From Chiloscyllium plagiosum (Eukaryota): a stretch of 40,968 bases of DNA. How positions within the stretch are numbered: the stretch's first letter is position 1; every line of letters begins with the position of its first letter. Where the stretch lies: contig NC_057756.1 of assembly GCF_004010195.1 (NCBI RefSeq), positions 7,209,063-7,250,030 on the forward strand. Direction: 5' to 3'. Shown piece by piece: positions 36,365 through 40,968 of the stretch. Both the position numbers and the translations under genes were made by a program. The notes beneath the pieces were generated by a model that saw only the letters and a list, made by a program, of their open reading frames with translations, did not search any database and was not told the DNA's origin.

Positions 36365-37149
36365 TATGACGCCAAACTGTAGGTTATAGGTAAAGTAGTG
36401 TTACTTTATAATTACTTATGCAAGGTAAATGCTCTCTCACCAGTGTATAATTGTTTCAGCCAAGTGCTGAGTCAACAAGAATGAAAACTATGTGAAGGAA
36501 ATACATAATTGTTTTTTTGTATTAGCTAAAATGTGCATTCAAGAACGAAATGTGCCAGCAAACAATGGTAGATGTTACAGATAAGTAGATGAGGTGCTAT
36601 GAGGGGAGGGGGTTAGGCTAGATATGTCTGTACAAACAGTAGTTATAAGCATCTATTTCCCGCTTCTGTAAAAACAAGAACAAACCACAGTCAAGAAGTC
36701 ATAGGGTCATAAGATCATGCAAGTGAGGGAAACAGATGGTAGTGAAGGAGGATATATCTAACAATGTACCATGACGGGATGTGGTCAAACGGCCTTGTGA
36801 GGCCAGAATAAGCATTTTGTCACAGACAAGGCCGGATAAGGCAAGAGATGAACAAGAGTAATGGGCGCCGGTCTTCGAAAGGTGGGATATGTAAACAGTG
36901 GAGGAGCAATGGGATGAAAGAATAGGAAACAATTACATAAATATTGTGTTCAAGTTGAATTCAGTGCGTGTGTGTCCCTGTCTTGTGTACAGTGGTCACA
37001 ACACCCCTCTTGCAAGAGCGAAATAAATGACACTACTGATTCAGATCTTCAAAGTTTGTGAGAAAATTTGTAGCTCGGGTGCTCTTTGTTGTGGTTCTGT
37101 TGGCCGAGCTTGTCTCAGATCTTGTCTCGGACTGAAATTATTGAAGTGA
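36365..37149 (+). mobile_element. Solo-LTR-like insertion
   Basis: tatgacg...cctcaca termini, TATA-like tacataaata (~36934), AATAAA at 37022. Interrupts homology with ~6905. Confidence 0.65.
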
Positions 37150-37369
37150 GTGAGCTTCGTTCCTCACACAAACGATGATCGTATTAGACAGATCAGATTC
37201 GAAGTGGAGACCTAGATTGATAATTCATCTTTCTTTCATTTCTCATTTAACGTGCTGTCCTTTCTTTCAATGACAAGCGTGCAACTCTGCAAATCAGGCT
37301 GTATATTTAAAAAAGAATGCTTAATGTAAATAACAATAATGAGAATGTATCTGTTCTCTTAACGCACTA

Positions 37370-37690
37370 GGGCAGCACATTGGCTCAGTGGGTTAGCAAT
37401 TCTACCTCATGGCAAGTGACCTGGGTTCGTTTACAGCTTCAGGTGACTGTGTGGAATTTGCACATTCTCCTCATATCTGCGTGGGTGTCCTCTATGTGCT
37501 CCAGTTTCCTTCCACATTCCAAAAAAGATGTGCAGGTGAGGTGAATTGTCCATGCAAAATTAACCATTGTGTTAGGTACATTAGTCAGGAGTAAATACAG
37601 GGTCATGAGTTTGGGTGGGTTTCTCTTCAGAGGGTCAGTGTAAATTTGTTGGGCCAAAGGGCCTGTTTTCACACTTTAAGGAATCTAATC
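37370..37690 (+). mobile_element. tRNA-derived V-SINE (HE1-like)
   Basis: A box tggctcagtgg, B-box-like gggttcgttta, V-domain tttgcacattctcc..gcgtgggt..gctccagtttcct, CR1-like 3' end gggccaaagggcctgtttt. Confidence 0.85.
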
Positions 37691-37922
37691 ATAAAACTGT
37701 TTGCAAATTTTTAAAGCACATCTGTCACAATACCATCATATTGCAGTTCTCACATACATGAGGCAGAGTTTCATTTGAGTGGGAGTTCACAATTAATACA
37801 TGAGAGAGACAGAAAAAGAGAAGTCTGGGTAAGGGGACTGAAATTGATAGGGAGTGTGTGGTGTTGGTGGAAAAGACCGAGAAAGTGCAGAGCGATGTCC
37901 CTAGGGGCAGACAGTCTCAAAT

Positions 37923-38275
37923 GGGCGGCACAGTCGCTCAGTGGTTAGCACTACTGCCTCACAGTGCCAGGGACCGAGCTTCAATTCCTGCCTCGGGTGA
38001 CTGTTTATGTAGTTTGCACGTTCTCAACATGTCTGTATGTATTTACTCTGAGTGCTCTGGTTTCCTCCCACAATCAAAAAATGTGCTGGTTAAGTGAATT
38101 GGCCATGCTAAATTGATCGTAATGTTCAGGGATGTGTCGGGGAGGTGCATTAGTCATGGGAAATGTAGACTAATAGGATAGGGGAATGAGTCTGGGTGGG
38201 ATATTCTTCAGAGGGTTGGTGTGAACTTGTTGAGTAGAATGGCCAGTTTCCACACTGTCAGGATTCAATAATTCT
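37923..38275 (+). mobile_element. tRNA-derived V-SINE (HE1-like)
   Basis: gggcggcacagtcgctcagtggttagcac head, ttcaattcc B box, V-domain gtgctctggtttcctcccaca. Confidence 0.85.
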
Positions 38276-38384
38276 AGAGTTTTATTCTGCATCACATCTA
38301 TGGCTGTGACTTAACTCTTTCTTTCACTTCCAAGTCTTAGGTATTTGTTAGCCTTTACCTTGATCTTTCCCACAACTGAGCTTG

Positions 38385-40430
38385 AATATTCTTAAATGAC
38401 TCTATCTGATTTATAATGAAAGCCGTCTGGCCTGGAATTTCATATTTATATACTTGAAGCAGGGTAACACAATTGGAACTCTTCTGACCTAACTTCTCTC
38501 TGGATGAGAGTCTGTTCCACATCTTCCAAAAATGAGATTTTACCTTGTTGATTATTAGTTAAAGATGGACATTCCAACTGTACTTTTGGTTTGATAACGT
38601 TTCTGTTCCAAGCTTTGAAACTACTTGTGTTCAGCACTGGATCAGTTCCATTTCTGTGATTTGCTTGAATCCACCTCGAGCTCCTTTCTGTGTAACAGTG
38701 GTGTATACACTGGGCTCCTCTTCCTGGGTTTGAAAGTCAGATTTGTGAGCTTTGAAGACACAGATGATTGAATACAGAACCTCTTAACTTTCATCTGATT
38801 TGGTCTGTCACAGAGAACAATGTGTTTGACATATATCTGAAGGGTCAGGCAGGAGTATTACCAGAACTCGGACAGTATCTTCCACAGGATACAAAAAACA
38901 CAAGTAGCAATAGATAGAACACACAGAAATCACTCACCGAAGCTTCTCAAGGAGCACTTTCCAAACTCACGGCCTCCATTAGGCAGGTGGACAATGGTAG
39001 TACATGCATGGGAACACTGACCCCTACAAACTCCCTGTCAAGCCATACATAATCCTGATTTGCAATTACATGAGCGTTCGTACCTAGTGTTTGAATAAAA
39101 AGGCTGGATATGCCTTCTCATAGCAGTGTGTCTCCATGTTTTACTCCCATTGTGATGCAGACTGTAGGTAAGTGGATCGTTGGAGGCTGGAACTGCTGAG
39201 AGGAGGAGTAATTAGCCAAGGTTATGGGGGAGGTGCATGTCGCTATTCCCGAGAGGAGAGGCTTTGAGAGGGAGTTAACATGTCGGGGCATGAGAGAAAT
39301 TGAGACAGAAAGGTGACAGAGATGGAAAGGGAGTGTGGTGTTGCGGGGTAAGACCGTGAACATGAGGAGTGATGGCCCGTGAGGCAGAGAGTGTGACATG
39401 GGCGTGGTATCATGGAGCGCCGCCTCATTTAGGCAATGCATGAAGTGAGGCTTTTCAGAGTCAAATCCCAAGGATTCTTACTCTTTTCCTGGGATTTCCT
39501 TCCCTCTGTGGGTTTCTGTCTCTCTCTCTCTCTTTCTATTTTTTTTCTTGCTGTGCTTTTCCTTTCTCTCTGTCTTTTTGACTTGATCTCTCACTATTTC
39601 TCCTCCTGGATTTTCTCCTTCACTTGTAGTGGTGTTGTCTGTTCTTCTCGATCTCCCTCTTTCTGTCTGTCCCTCTCTGTCTCTCTCTCAGTCTAAATTA
39701 TCTCTCTGATTCCCTTGCCCCCTTGGTCTTTTTATTGTAGGATAAATATTTACAGCAAACAGACTGGTTTGTCCAGTTCATGATGAAATGAAGTGTGTAT
39801 TGTCTTGGGGTTTCTGACATGTAGTCGGTTAGCTGAATTGTTCTTTGTGCTGTCCACACTGGACACACATGCTGTGGTTTGTAAAATAGCGGAGCTCAGT
39901 GATCAGCCCAAATTAAGTCGTGACAAACCAGAAAACGCTTGATATGGAAACCACATCAGAAGTTTAACTTGTTTGCAAGTCCTTTGAAGGATGATGCAGA
40001 GTAAGGTCGATGCAGTTGTTTTACATTTACACTTGCTATGCTTTTGAACTGGAAGTATTATATTGCATGTTGGGTCTGCTGTGTTTTATTTTCAAGGCTA
40101 AAAAAAGGCTCAGTCTCGTTATTATGTGCATTTGGAGGATAAATCTATTCTTGGCCCATTTTTAAGTCTGTGACACAAAAGATGTCGATGACTCATTTCC
40201 AAGAACTGTGGTGGGCAGTCCCTGAAATGTCAGCACCATCAAACAGGGACACCGTTTGTTGTATTTTCTGCTGAGTTATTTATTAGTAGAATCAGAAATG
40301 ATGAGACAGCTCCTTACAGTTGGGATATTATATGTTCTCCCTTACCTGCATCTTCAAAGTTGCCCTGTCAAATGGGCTGCGGCAGCGACAACAACTTTAC
40401 CACATTTCTTCTTCCTGATAATAACAAAAT
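38385..40430. repeat. Segmental duplication copy B (paralog of 995-6425)
   Basis: Collinear with copy A; lacks the 3.4-kb LINE. Confidence 0.93.
38631..38836 (-). pseudogene. Siglec-like terminal exon with two ITIM-like motifs, copy 3
   Basis: cccttcag|at acceptor. DICQTHCSL*QTKSDES*EVLYSIICVF..QEEEPSVYTTVTQK..; VLYSII and SVYTTV both fit the ITIM consensus. Two in-frame stops. Confidence 0.6.
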
Positions 40431-40968
40431 TAGAACATAGAACATAGAACAATACAGCACAGAACAGGCCCTTCGGCCCACGATGTTGTGCCGAACATTT
40501 GTCCTAGCTTAAGCACCCATCCATGTACCTATATAATTGCCACTTAAAGTTCGCCAAAGATTCTGACTCTGCCACTCCCACAGGCGGCGCATTCCATGCC
40601 CCCACCACTCTCTGGGTAAAGAACCCACCCCTGACATCTCCCCTATACCTTCCACCCTTCACCTTAAATTTATGTCCCCTTGTAACACTCTGTTGTACCC
40701 GGGGAAAAAGTTTCTGACTGTCTACTCTATCTATTCCTCTGATCATCTTATAAACCTCTACCAAGTCACCCCTCATCCTTCGCCGTTCCAACGAGAAAAG
40801 GCCGAGAACTCTCAACCTAGCCTCGTACGACTTCCTCTCCATTCCAGGCAACATCCTGGTAAATCTTCTCTGCACCCTCTCCAAAGCTTCCACATCCTTC
40901 CTAAAGTGAGGCGACCAGAACTCCACACAGTACTCCAAATGTGGCCTAACCAAAGTCCTGCACAGCTG
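40431..40968 (-). mobile_element. CR1 LINE 3' part, young copy (same subfamily as 1-994)
   Basis: Open ORF 40504-40953 nearly identical to the C-terminus of 145-921; tagaacatagaacatagaac tail. Insertion site corresponds to ~6425 in the paralog. Confidence 0.95.

Noticed and set aside
37050..37110. 60-bp insert in the LTR flanked by cagatctt repeats
   Set aside because: Probably a tiny fragment of another interspersed repeat; too short to classify without a search.

Overview
Vertebrate, repeat-rich genomic DNA. The repeat content (CR1 LINEs with short tandem tails, V-SINE/HE1-type SINEs, palindromic Penelope-type short elements) and the GPR139-like receptor duplicates suggest a cartilaginous fish (shark); this is inference. 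Only one gene looks intact: a two-exon GPR139/GPR142-like class A GPCR on the + strand (26594-26660 + 29106-30016, 325 aa). A pseudogenised tandem duplicate lacking exon 1 follows it (34974-35914). The - strand carries a decayed tandem cluster of Siglec-like (CD22/sialoadhesin/MAG-type) Ig receptor genes that the ORF track mostly misses: two V-set exon remnants keeping the sialic-acid-binding Arg position, C2-type Ig exons, and three terminal exons with ITIM-like motifs. All carry stops, frameshifts or insertions. The two families are interleaved within nested segmental duplications (about 37.4 kb offset between 995-6425 and 38385-40430). Other features: five short elements with minimal hammerhead-ribozyme motifs, several solo-LTR-like inserts, and several locally templated insertions. 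All alignments and translations were done by eye; no database searches were run.
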